Shown: positions 35,522 to 44,164 of the stretch, piece after piece
Position numbering within the stretch: position 1 is the first letter of the stretch
Layout of the letters: the number at the start of each line of letters is the position of its first letter
DNA from: Gemmatimonadota bacterium
GTDB taxonomy: Bacteria; Gemmatimonadota; Gemmatimonadetes; Gemmatimonadales; GWC2-71-9
Reading direction: 5' to 3'
DNA: 64,000 bases
Assembly: GCA_020350425.1 (NCBI GenBank)
Contig: CP070716.1
Location: 1,232,564 to 1,296,563 of the forward strand
Made by a program: the position numbers and the translations under genes
Notes under the pieces: model-generated
Seen by the model: only the letters and a program-made list of their open reading frames with translations
What the model was told of the DNA's origin: nothing
The model's database searches: none

Positions 35522-37518
35522 CGCGAACGCTCACGCAGGTGCTGTGGCGAGGGCTCGGGGTCGCGATCCTCGTCCTGCCCCTGCTCAGCATCCCGCGGTG
35601 GGTGGACGCACCGGATCCCGGTCCCGACTGGAGTGTGCACCTGCGGGCGTGGCTGATCGGCGCCTTCGTGGTGCTGGTGGTGGGTCTGGCGGTGGGCTGG
35701 CTGGCCCGGACGGCACAGCCGCGCGCACGCGCCTGGCCGGCGTGGGGCGACGCGGCGTTCGTCGGCGGGATGGCAGTGCTGCTCACACTCGCGGCAGCCT
35801 ACACGATGCGGGTGGCCTTTGCCTCGAATCCGCATCTCGTGGACGAGGTCGCGCAGCTCTTTCAGGCACGGGTCTTCGCCTCGGGGCGCCTCGCGGCGCC
35901 GCCTCCGCAGCTGCCTGAGTTCTTCCTGTTCACGCACACCTGGATCACCCAGGCCGGATGGGTCTCGCAGTTCCCGCCGGTACATGCCGTGGCGCTGGCA
36001 GCCGGCATGCTGGTTCGCGCGGAGTGGCTGGTGAATCCCGTGGTGGGCGGCGCCAGCGTGGTGCTCGTCTACCTGGTGACCCGCGGCATGTTCGGCTCGG
36101 GCACGGCCCGCGTGGCGGCAGGTCTGTGGGCGGTCTCGGCGTGGGTGCTCTTCATGTCGGCCACGTACATGAACCACGCGCTTGCGGTCGCCCTGGTGCT
36201 CGGGGCGTGGGCCTGTGTCTGGGCGCCGGGCGGGAGACGCGTCGTCCGCTTCGTCGCGGCCGGAGCGTTGCTCGGGGCTGCGGCCGCGACGCGGCCGCTC
36301 GACGCCGTCGCCGGTGCGCTTCCGCTACTGGTACACCTGGGCCTGGCCCGCAGGCCACGGGACCTCGGACTGCTGGTGCTCGGCGGCGTCCCCATGGCAC
36401 TGGCCCTGGGCTACTACAACTGGCGCCTCTTCGGTGGGCCGCTCGACTTCGGGTACACGGCGCTGTGGGGGGAGGGGCACCAGCTGGGCTTCCACGCCGA
36501 CGCATGGGGCTACGAGTACACGCCGCTGGTGGGCCTGAGCAACATGGTGGCGGCGATCCGCCGGCTGCATATCTACCTGTTCGAGTGGCCGATCCCCGCC
36601 CTGCTGCCGCTCGGCTTGTGGGCGCTGTTCGCGCGCCGACGGGAGCCCGCCGATCTCGCCCTCGGGCTCGGGGTCGCCGCGGGGCCCGCCCTCTACTTCT
36701 TCTACTGGCACTCGGGCTTCTATCCCGGTCCGCGGTTCTACTTCATCGCGGCCCCGTTCCTGGTCATCGGCACGGCCCGGGCGCTCCGTTGGGCCTGGCT
36801 CGCGGCCCGCAGCCGGGCGGACGCCCACCTGCGCTGGGACGTGGCGCTCGCCGCGCTGTGCGCGGGGGTGCTGCTCTGGAGCTGGGTCGACATGCTGCCG
36901 CGGCGATTCGAGGTCTACCGGACGGGGTTGCCGTCGCTCAAGTACCACCCCGAGCGCAGTCTGGCCGAGCGAGGGGTGCGGCAGGCGCTGGTGCTGGTGC
37001 CGGAGAGCTGGGGGGCCCGGATCATCACGGACCTCTGGGCGCTCGGGGCTCCGCCCGGCGTGGTCGAGCGCGTCTACCGCAGGCTCGACGCGTGCGACCT
37101 CCACCTCTTTGCCCGGCAGGCCCGGGCCGAGGCGCTGGCGCCCGCAGGTGTGATCGACAGCCTGGAGCGGCGCTACGCCGCCGCGGCCGCGGCGGCACCA
37201 CTTGTGGCCGGGTCGCGCGATCCCACCCTGCGGCTCTGGCCGGGCCGCGCACTCGATCCGAGGTGCGCGGTGCAGCTTGAGCACGACCGGGGTGGGTTCA
37301 CGCTCTACGGGAGCCTGGCCTGGCGCAACCCGGTGGGGCTCCGCACGGGCATCGTGTTCGCCCGCGATCGGTACGCGCGGAATCGGCAACTCTTTGCCGA
37401 GTACCCTGGTTGGGAGGTGTGGCGCTTTGCCCCGCCGGCCGGGGAGCCCGATGCCCGACCGCAGCTGCGTCGCCTCGGCCTGGCCGAGGAGCTTGGCGAC
37501 GATCGGCAACTCCCGTGA
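35518..37518 (+). CDS. GT-C-like (ArnT/PMT-type) polytopic membrane glycosyltransferase candidate, 666 aa
   Basis: GTGA overlap. About 10-12 TM helices. Acidic motif in the first predicted external loop ([12 protein letters not shown]). About 250-aa soluble C-terminal domain. Confidence 0.5.
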   Translation: MTRTLTQVLWRGLGVAILVLPLLSIPRWVDAPDPGPDWSVHLRAWLIGAFVVLVVGLAVGWLARTAQPRARAWPAWGDAAFVGGMAVLLTLAAAYTMRVAFASNPHLVDEVAQLFQARVFASGRLAAPPPQLPEFFLFTHTWITQAGWVSQFPPVHAVALAAGMLVRAEWLVNPVVGGASVVLVYLVTRGMFGSGTARVAAGLWAVSAWVLFMSATYMNHALAVALVLGAWACVWAPGGRRVVRFVAAGALLGAAAATRPLDAVAGALPLLVHLGLARRPRDLGLLVLGGVPMALALGYYNWRLFGGPLDFGYTALWGEGHQLGFHADAWGYEYTPLVGLSNMVAAIRRLHIYLFEWPIPALLPLGLWALFARRREPADLALGLGVAAGPALYFFYWHSGFYPGPRFYFIAAPFLVIGTARALRWAWLAARSRADAHLRWDVALAALCAGVLLWSWVDMLPRRFEVYRTGLPSLKYHPERSLAERGVRQALVLVPESWGARIITDLWALGAPPGVVERVYRRLDACDLHLFARQARAEALAPAGVIDSLERRYAAAAAAAPLVAGSRDPTLRLWPGRALDPRCAVQLEHDRGGFTLYGSLAWRNPVGLRTGIVFARDRYARNRQLFAEYPGWEVWRFAPPAGEPDARPQLRRLGLAEELGDDRQLP

Positions 37519-39365
37519 CCCGAGTGCTGCGAGGCCTGGGACCCCGGGCACGTGCCGCACTCGTCGCGGGTCTCGTGGCCCTCGCGGTGTACGCGAACGC
37601 CCCGCGCAACCGCTGGGCGCTGGACGACGTCGGAATCGTCCTCCAGAATCCGGCGGCGCACTCCGTGCCCGCAGCGTGGGCGGCGCGATTCTCTCCCTAT
37701 TGGCCGGTCGAGCAGGGCCACCCCGCCGGGCTGTACCGGCCGGCGGTGATCCTGTCGTACGCCGTCGACTGGACCCTGGCTGATGGTGCGCCGTGGTGGT
37801 TCCACCTGCACAATGTGGTGCTGCATGCCCTCGCGACGGGTCTCGTGGTGCTCGTCGCGACGGCGTGGCTGCCGGTGCCCGCGGCACTCGCGGCCGGGCT
37901 CGTCTTCGCCGTGCACCCCGTGCATGTGGAGGCCGTGGCCAATGTGGTGGGCCGTGCGGAGCTCCTGGCGGCGCTCGGCCTGCTGCTCGCGGTGCTGGCC
38001 TTTCGGAGCTACCGAGGCGCCGATTCGCGCGCCGCCCGCGTCGGGTGGGGGGCGGCAACGGTCGCGGCCGTGCTGCTCGCCCTCTTCTCGAAGGAACACG
38101 CCGTCGTCGCCGTGGCGGTGCTGGCGCTCGATGCGTGGCTCGCACGCTCCGCGGCGCGGCGGTGGGGGGGTGGTCTGCTGGCGGTGATCCTCGGGTGCAC
38201 GGTGGCGTGGCTGGTGCTCTGGCAGACGATCGCCGCCCCCTACGTCGAGGGGGTCATCGCCCCCACCCTGCGCCACCTGTCGTTCGGCCAGCGGCTCGCA
38301 ACCATGTTGCCGGTCTACCTCGAGGTGCTGCGGCTGCTGGCCTGGCCGCTCCGCCTCGCCTATGACTACAACCCGCAGGTCATTCCGCAGCGAACCGAGC
38401 TTACGGTGGTGGCGGCGCTGGGGGCGCTGGTCGCAGGCGCGGTGGTGGCGCTGGGCCTGTTGAGTCGGCGACGCGCCCCTGCGGTGGCGTTCGGGATTCT
38501 GATGGCGGCGGTGTCGTACGCGCCCACGTCGAACCTGCTGTTCGCCTCAGGTACGGTGCTGGGCGAACGCGCCTTGTACCTCCCGGCGCTCGCGCCCGCG
38601 CTGGCCGCCGCCTGGCTCCTGGCCAGCGCGTGGGGCGGGCGGTGGCGCAGGATCGCCCTGGTGGGGTTGGGCGCCCTCCTGGCGGTCTACAGCGTCCGCA
38701 CCGTCACGCGCACGCCGTTCTGGATGGATGGCCCCACGGTACTCATCGAAAGCGTCGTTGCGCACCCCGAGAACTACCGCACGCGCCGGCAGCTGGCCCG
38801 CCAGCGAGCGATGCGCGGCGACTCCCTCGGGGCGTTGACCGACTACCTGGTGGCGGGTGAGCTGTTCGACCGAGACGCGTCCGTCGCGACCGAGAGTGCT
38901 GCCCTCGCGCTGGCGATGGGTCGGCGACGCGTCGCGCTGCGCGAGGCGCGCCGCGCCGTCGCGCTCGAGCCGGGCGAGCCCGCCGCGACCAGTGCGCTGG
39001 TGAATGCGTACCTCGCGGTGGGGTGGACAGACTCGGCGCTGACTGCGGCGCGTGCGGCAATCGATCACCGGCCGCGCGACGTGACGCTGGCGGCGCTGTA
39101 CGTCGAGCTTCACCAGTGGCTGGTGTCGCCCGAGTGGCAGCAGGGACTGGCGCGGGCACGGCTGGAGTGGCTCAACGGCCGCCGCGCCGCCGCCGTCGCG
39201 GCGCTCAATTCGGCGGTCGCCTCACTTGAGTGGGACACGCAGGTGGACCAGGTCTGCCCGGAGCTACAAACGGTGAGGGCCGTGGGGGATACGGAGGCCA
39301 CCGAGTGGGAACAGCACCTGGAAGGGGCGCTCCGCCGGGCCGACGTGGCCTGCGGCCCCGATTGA
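37515..39365 (+). CDS. GT-C-like membrane protein with C-terminal TPR repeats (PMT_2/DUF1736, TMTC-like layout), 616 aa
   Basis: GTG 37515 overlaps the upstream stop (GTGA). N-terminus YANAPRNRWALDDVGIVLQNP (DD loop motif typical of this family). Multi-TM, then TPR-like helices (aa ~440-560). Confidence 0.55.
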   Translation: MTRVLRGLGPRARAALVAGLVALAVYANAPRNRWALDDVGIVLQNPAAHSVPAAWAARFSPYWPVEQGHPAGLYRPAVILSYAVDWTLADGAPWWFHLHNVVLHALATGLVVLVATAWLPVPAALAAGLVFAVHPVHVEAVANVVGRAELLAALGLLLAVLAFRSYRGADSRAARVGWGAATVAAVLLALFSKEHAVVAVAVLALDAWLARSAARRWGGGLLAVILGCTVAWLVLWQTIAAPYVEGVIAPTLRHLSFGQRLATMLPVYLEVLRLLAWPLRLAYDYNPQVIPQRTELTVVAALGALVAGAVVALGLLSRRRAPAVAFGILMAAVSYAPTSNLLFASGTVLGERALYLPALAPALAAAWLLASAWGGRWRRIALVGLGALLAVYSVRTVTRTPFWMDGPTVLIESVVAHPENYRTRRQLARQRAMRGDSLGALTDYLVAGELFDRDASVATESAALALAMGRRRVALREARRAVALEPGEPAATSALVNAYLAVGWTDSALTAARAAIDHRPRDVTLAALYVELHQWLVSPEWQQGLARARLEWLNGRRAAAVAALNSAVASLEWDTQVDQVCPELQTVRAVGDTEATEWEQHLEGALRRADVACGPD

Positions 39366-39417
39366 GGGCGGCACGCCGCAGCCTTGCGTTCGGCCCCGCA
39401 CCTTGCAAATTGAGGGT

Positions 39418-39450
39418 CTTCCGGGCTCCTGGGGCCTTCCGGGACCCTGG
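39418..39450 (+). promoter_or_regulatory. Direct repeat pair upstream of the pilin sigma54 promoter (candidate enhancer/UAS)
   Basis: CTTCCGGGCTCCTGG (39418-39432) and CTTCCGGGACCCTGG (39436-39450): 13/15 identical, 18 nt apart. Lies about 55-85 nt upstream of the -24 element. Confidence 0.3.
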
Positions 39451-39503
39451 TAGAACCCCCATAAGTGCTTGTCACGAAGCATGTTAGGCACTTGGGAGAG
39501 GTC

Positions 39504-39518
39504 TGGCACGGGGATTGC
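39504..39518 (+). promoter_or_regulatory. Sigma54 (-24/-12) promoter of the major pilin gene
   Basis: TGGCAC-gggga-TTGC fits the TGGCAC-N5-TTGC consensus exactly. Lies 86 nt upstream of the pilA ATG. A PilR-type activator is encoded in the locus. Confidence 0.7.
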
Positions 39519-39603
39519 TTCAGTATCTGGACAGATCAAAGCGCCCAGGTATGCCACGTGGGCACCGGGCTGTCACTCGAATACCATCCGCGGAGGTGTA
39601 TTG

Positions 39604-39987
39604 ATGAATCGCAAGGGCTTCACCCTGATCGAGCTTCTGATCGTGGTGGTGATCATCGGCATTCTGGCTGCCATCGCTATCCCGAAGTTCGCGAACACGA
39701 AGGAGAAGGCGTATCTCGCGTCGATGAAGGCCGACCTGCGTAACCTGGTGAACGCGCAGGAGAGCTACTTCGCCGACTGGACGACCTACGCCGCTGCCGG
39801 CGCCGGTGGGTTCACGTACAACCAGTCGGCCGGCGTGACCATCGCTGTCGGGGCCGTCGCCGGTGACGGTTGGGACGCGACCGCGACGCACACGGGTGCG
39901 CCGACCAAGACGTGCGCCATCGCCGTGGGCTCGGGGACGAACAGCGTCAAGGGAACGGCTGCCGAGGGCGAGCCGGCCTGTAACTAG
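39604..39987 (+). CDS. pilA: Type IVa major pilin (PilA-like), copy 1
   Basis: MNRKG|FTLIELLIVVVIIGILAAIAIP: short leader, Gly-1, Phe+1, Glu+5. C-terminal Cys...Cys loop (TKTC...EPAC N). The 5' part of ORF 39469.. is not coding. Confidence 0.9.
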   Translation: MNRKGFTLIELLIVVVIIGILAAIAIPKFANTKEKAYLASMKADLRNLVNAQESYFADWTTYAAAGAGGFTYNQSAGVTIAVGAVAGDGWDATATHTGAPTKTCAIAVGSGTNSVKGTAAEGEPACN

Positions 39988-40013
39988 GCGAGGCTGCGTC
40001 AGCGGGTAAAGGT

Positions 40014-40045
40014 GAGGCGGCGGAGGGCTGGCCCTTCGCCGCCTC
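40014..40045 (+). terminator. Strong hairpin between the two pilin genes (terminator/attenuator candidate)
   Basis: GAGGCGGCG-g-AGGGC-tg-GCCCT-t-CGCCGCCTC: 9+5 bp interrupted stem, no U-tract. Confidence 0.45.
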
Positions 40046-40067
40046 ATGCCTGTGATGGATACCTCTC

Positions 40068-40478
40068 ATGGTGAGGACGCGCCCCATGCATAGCGACGCG
40101 CGAGGGTTCACCATCATCGAGCTCCTGATCGTCGTGGTGATCATCGGGATTCTGGCTGCCATCGCGATCCCCAAGTTTGTGAACACCAAGGAGAAGGCGT
40201 ACATGGCGTCGATGAGGTCGGATCTGCGCAACCTCGCGACGTCGCAAGAGGGGTACCTCCACGACTTCTTCACGTACGGCACGCAGGCGGACATGGTACC
40301 GCCGCGGTTTCAGGCGTCATCCGGTGTGACCGTGACGATCACCGGCGTGAGTCCCGCGGGCTGGCAGGCTACCGCGCAGCACAGCCTGGCTCCCACCAAG
40401 GTCTGTGCGATCTTTTACGGCTCGGGTGCCGCGCCCATACCCCCCGCGACCGACGAGGGTGAGGTGGCCTGCAACTAG
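40068..40478 (+). CDS. Type IVa pilin paralog, copy 2
   Basis: ...HSDARG|FTIIELLIVVVIIGILAAIAIPKFVNTKEKAY. Same C-terminal architecture (TKVC...EVACN). An alternative ATG at 40086 would give a 7-aa leader. Confidence 0.85.
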   Translation: MVRTRPMHSDARGFTIIELLIVVVIIGILAAIAIPKFVNTKEKAYMASMRSDLRNLATSQEGYLHDFFTYGTQADMVPPRFQASSGVTVTITGVSPAGWQATAQHSLAPTKVCAIFYGSGAAPIPPATDEGEVACN

Positions 40479-40642
40479 GCCAGCGACGGCCAACCGAGTG
40501 AGCTAACGCGGGGCGGCGAGGTTCTACGTCGCCCTTTTCGTCGGCCGTCGATCCGGTGACGTGCCGGCCCGCAATATTCCGGCCTCCCCGACGTCAAGAT
40601 GAGCCCGACTCCGGTCCACAGGGGTCGTAGCTTGCCCCCGAC

Positions 40643-40999
40643 ATGGCCCCTACCACAGATCCGGGCGGGTTCACCGTACTCGAAGTGCTGATCGCGATGC
40701 TGCTGTTGGCGGTGGGGGTCCTCGGGCTCACCGGCGCCGCCGCCGTCGCGACCAGGATGATCGGTGATGCTCGTCGGCATACGCAGGCGATCGCCCTGGC
40801 GCAGAGCGTCGTGGAGCGGCTCAGGAGCGGCGCCTGCCCGAGCGTGGGAGACGGCGAGGCGTCTCACGGCCCCTATCGGGTGCACTGGACGGTGTCGCCC
40901 GCCGCCGGGGGCACGGCGCGCCGCGCACTGGCCGTCGTCGAGACACCCGGGGGGCGGCCCGCCCGTGTCGACTCGGTTTCGGCGATCGTCCCCTGCTGA
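40643..40999 (+). CDS. pilV: PilV-like minor pilin
   Basis: MAPTTDPGG|FTVLEVLIAMLLLAVGVLGL is a prepilin N-terminus with Glu+5. 118 aa. Confidence 0.7.
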   Translation: MAPTTDPGGFTVLEVLIAMLLLAVGVLGLTGAAAVATRMIGDARRHTQAIALAQSVVERLRSGACPSVGDGEASHGPYRVHWTVSPAAGGTARRALAVVETPGGRPARVDSVSAIVPC

Positions 41000-41870
41000 C
41001 GAGCGGGCACGGCCGAACGGGGTGACGCTCGTCGAGCTGCTGGTGGCCCTCGTCCTTGCCGGCGTCGTCGCCACGTCGGTGACCGGCGTGGTGGTCGCTA
41101 GCGGCCGGGCGTACCGGCGCCAGGCGGCGACTGCGTCGGTGTCGGTGACGCTGCGGGCCCTGGCCGCGATGCTTCCGCTCGACCTCGCCGGCCTCGACCC
41201 CGCGGATTCCCTCGGCAGCGACATCGTTGGCATGGGGCGCACGGGGGTCGCGTTCAAGGCGGTGCGCTCCCTTTCCTTTTTGTGCGGTGCCCCGCGCATC
41301 GCAGACCTCCGCTCGGGCGCTCTCACGGTCGCGGCCGAGCCCCGCTACGGGCATCGCCCACCGGACATGCGACGCGACTCGGTGTTCGTCTACGCGGAAG
41401 CCGATCCCACGGACCCTGAGGATGACTACTGGCTGCGGGCCGATCTCCGGGGCGGCCGGCCGGCAGGTTCCTGCGTCGATGGCGGGACGGGCGAAGTCCT
41501 CGAGGTCGCCGCAGTCACACCCCCCGGGGGGTTGGTCGACGTACGTGCCGGCGCCCCTGTGCTGAGTTACGAGGTCGTACAGATCACCGCCTACCGTGAC
41601 CGCGGTGGGGTCTGGTGGCTCGGAGTCCGCCTCTCCGGGAAGGCAGGGGGGTGGGGCGGCATCCAGCCGGTTCTGGGTCCTCTCAGCCCGGGGGGCCTGC
41701 GCTTCTCGTATCACGCGGCTTCCGGGGCCGCGACCGGAGAGCCGCGTGAGGTGCGGCGCATCGTGGCCGTGGCGGCGGCGCGGCCGGCGCGTGTTGCCTG
41801 GGGCGCCATGCCGGACCTCGAGGATTCGGTTCGGATCGAGATTGGGTTGCGCAACGGCCGCCGACCGTGA
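40965..41870 (+). CDS. pilW: PilW-like minor pilin (start uncertain)
   Basis: ...RPNG|VTLVELLVALVLAGVV is a prepilin N-terminus. There is no in-frame ATG near it, so GTG 40965 is proposed (19-aa basic leader, overlaps the pilV end). Upstream of that, ORF 40764.. is off-frame over pilV. Confidence 0.55.
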   Translation: MSTRFRRSSPADERARPNGVTLVELLVALVLAGVVATSVTGVVVASGRAYRRQAATASVSVTLRALAAMLPLDLAGLDPADSLGSDIVGMGRTGVAFKAVRSLSFLCGAPRIADLRSGALTVAAEPRYGHRPPDMRRDSVFVYAEADPTDPEDDYWLRADLRGGRPAGSCVDGGTGEVLEVAAVTPPGGLVDVRAGAPVLSYEVVQITAYRDRGGVWWLGVRLSGKAGGWGGIQPVLGPLSPGGLRFSYHAASGAATGEPREVRRIVAVAAARPARVAWGAMPDLEDSVRIEIGLRNGRRP

Positions 41871-42973
41871 AGCGGGAGGCCGGCGGGGTACTGCTCCTCG
41901 TGCTGGTGGCCCTTGTCCTGGTCGGCGCCCTGGTGTCCGCCGGCTGGCTGGTGGGGCTCCACGAACTGAGGGTTGCCGACACCGCGGCCGCTCCGGCCCG
42001 CGCGCTCGCAGCGGCCGAGGAGGGTGCCTGGGCCCAGGTGGGGGCCTGGAAGTCGAGCCAGTACGGCGCGCTCCCCCCGGGTGGTGCGTTGAGCTTCGCG
42101 GGGCACGCCGGGGGAGCGCTCGGCTCCTTCGAGGGGAGCGTGCGGCGCCTTTCGGAGCTGCTGTTCCTCATCGAATCGGATGGGCGCGACCCCGACGACC
42201 GTGCGCGCCAACGCATCGGGCTCATCGTGCGGCTGCGGCCTCTGGACCTATCCATAAGTGCGGCCCTGAGCGCCTCCGGATCTGTGAGTGTCGCGGGGGG
42301 TGCCCGGCTTGCGGGTCGCGACGAGCCGCCTGCAGGGTGGGTCTGCCCGCCCCCGGGGAAGACGCTGCCCGGCCTCAGGCTCGGCCAGGACGCCGCGCTT
42401 GAGCTCGACGGGTGCCCTGGCGGACGCTGCGTCACCGGCGCCCCACCCGTCCTGGTCGACTCCGCGGCGGAGTCTTTCGTCCGGCTCGTCGGGGTGGAAA
42501 TCGCCGCCCTGCGCGCGCAGGCCGACAAGGTCATCGGGCCGGGCCTGTGGGTCGTCGGCCCGAGCCAGGTGGGGGGGAAGTGTCGCTACACTGCCCCTTC
42601 CAACTGGGGCGATCCGGACCGCCCCCAGGGCCCCTGCGGGGAGTACTTGCCCCTGATCTTCGCACACGGCGATCTCCGGCTCCACGGGGGGAGGGGGCAA
42701 GGCATCCTGGTGGTGGATGGGGACTTGACCGTGTCCGGCGGATTCCGGTTTTTCGGGCCGGTCGTGGTCCTGGGTCAATTTGACACAACCGGTGAGGGAG
42801 GTCACTTCAGGGGAGGGGTGGTGGCCGCTACCGTAGTGGTCGCGCAATCAACCCCGGTGGAGAGCCTCACGGTGGGCTACTCCAGCTGTGCGGTGCGGCG
42901 GGCAGTGGTCGCTCAGGGGACCCCGGAAGCGGTGCCGGGTCGGAGCTGGTTACGGCTGCACCAAATTCCGTAA
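41867..42973 (+). CDS. pilX: PilX-like pilus assembly protein
   Basis: GTGA overlap with the pilW-like gene. N-terminal hydrophobic helix GGVLLLVLVALVLVGALV without Glu+5, then a ~340-aa domain. Position after pilV/pilW. Confidence 0.5.
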   Translation: MKREAGGVLLLVLVALVLVGALVSAGWLVGLHELRVADTAAAPARALAAAEEGAWAQVGAWKSSQYGALPPGGALSFAGHAGGALGSFEGSVRRLSELLFLIESDGRDPDDRARQRIGLIVRLRPLDLSISAALSASGSVSVAGGARLAGRDEPPAGWVCPPPGKTLPGLRLGQDAALELDGCPGGRCVTGAPPVLVDSAAESFVRLVGVEIAALRAQADKVIGPGLWVVGPSQVGGKCRYTAPSNWGDPDRPQGPCGEYLPLIFAHGDLRLHGGRGQGILVVDGDLTVSGGFRFFGPVVVLGQFDTTGEGGHFRGGVVAATVVVAQSTPVESLTVGYSSCAVRRAVVAQGTPEAVPGRSWLRLHQIP

Positions 42974-43023
42974 GTGAAAGCGGGACTGGGCTTTGATCAG
43001 GGTGGCTTAAAGTAGCTTGGAGC

Positions 43024-43052
43024 TTGACAAAAATAAGGGTGGGTCGTACTGT
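43024..43052 (+). promoter_or_regulatory. Candidate sigma70-type promoter of pilMNOPQ
   Basis: TTGACA (43024-43029), 17 nt, TACTGT (43047-43052), in a locally AT-richer intergenic region 44 nt upstream of pilM. Confidence 0.4.
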
Positions 43053-43095
43053 AGTCGTCCGCAAAGTCACTTATCTCGTTTAACGGTCGGCAGAT

Positions 43096-44145
43096 ATGGC
43101 GATTCTCGGGCTCGGTGGCGCAAAATCGACGGTCGCCCTGGACATCGGCAGCGGGCTCCTCAAGCTGGTCGAGGTCGACCACAAGAAGGGCGACCCGGTC
43201 CTGAGCCGGGTGGCGGTCGCGCCCGTTCTGGCGGACGCGATCGTCGAAGGCGAGGTCATGGACCCCGATATCGTAGCCGACGCGATCCAGGGACTGTTCA
43301 GGACCTCCGGCATCAAGCAGAAGCAGGTGGTGGTGGCGGTCGGCGGTCGCGACGTGATCATCAAGAAGATCCAGGTCGACCGCATGAAGGAGAGCGACGC
43401 GTACGAGGTGGTGCGCTGGGAGGCCCAGCAGCACGTGCCGTTCGACATCGAGGCGGTGGAGCTCGACTTCCAGATCCTGGACCCCGACGGCGAGGGGCTC
43501 CAGATGGATGTGCTCCTGGTGGCAGCCAAGCGGGACCTGGTGGAGGACAAGCTCCAGCTTCTCATCCAGGCCGGTTTGGAGCCCGCCATCGTGGACGTGG
43601 ATGCCTTCGCCCTGCACAACGCCTTCGAGCTGAACTACCCGGAGGCGATGAACGGTGTCGTTGCCCTTCTCAATATCGGGCATGAAGTAACCAACGTGAA
43701 CATCCTGCTCGACGGAGTGCCGCTGCTGACCCGGGACCTGAGCGTCGGGACCCGGAAGTTCCGCGAGGACCTGCAGCGGGAGCGGGGCATGTCGGCCGAC
43801 GATGCAGATCACTTGCTCCAGGGATACGAGCTCACGCCCGACCTGGAGCCCTACGTCAAGAACCGGGGCGAGGAGATGTCCGTGGGGTTGGAGCGGGCCG
43901 GAGCCTTTCTCCAGACCGCAGCCCGGGACGCCGGACCGCTGCAGAGGGTCTACTGCTGCGGCGGTGGTGCCAGGATTCCGGGGCTGTCCGACGTGCTCGG
44001 CGAACGCCTCCGCCTCCCGGTGGAGATCGCCAGCCCGCTGCAGCGGATGCGGGTGAAGGATCATGTGTTCGACACGCTCAACGCCGACGAGATGGGGCCG
44101 CTGCTGATGCTCGCGACCGGCCTCGCGCTCAGGCGGCGGGGCTGA
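43096..44145 (+). CDS. pilM: Type IV pilus assembly protein PilM (actin-like ATPase fold)
   Basis: VALDIGSGLLKLVEV..., EAQQHVPF, VDVDAFAL, GGGARIPGL motifs. 349 aa. Confidence 0.9.
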   Translation: MAILGLGGAKSTVALDIGSGLLKLVEVDHKKGDPVLSRVAVAPVLADAIVEGEVMDPDIVADAIQGLFRTSGIKQKQVVVAVGGRDVIIKKIQVDRMKESDAYEVVRWEAQQHVPFDIEAVELDFQILDPDGEGLQMDVLLVAAKRDLVEDKLQLLIQAGLEPAIVDVDAFALHNAFELNYPEAMNGVVALLNIGHEVTNVNILLDGVPLLTRDLSVGTRKFREDLQRERGMSADDADHLLQGYELTPDLEPYVKNRGEEMSVGLERAGAFLQTAARDAGPLQRVYCCGGGARIPGLSDVLGERLRLPVEIASPLQRMRVKDHVFDTLNADEMGPLLMLATGLALRRRG

Positions 44146-44164
44146 GCGTCAGGGGAGCAGGACT

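Noticed and set aside
36325-38145. 606-aa minus-strand ORF, plus 35958..37280 (+) and other frames over the GT-C-like genes
   Set aside because: The composition is Arg/Pro/Ala/Gly only. The chosen + frames give coherent TM helices and chain by 4-nt overlaps.
40513-40545. Possible terminator after the second pilin (GGGCG...CGCCC followed by TTTT)
   Set aside because: It has only a 5-bp stem with a ~14-nt loop, which is too weak to call. It is left unannotated.
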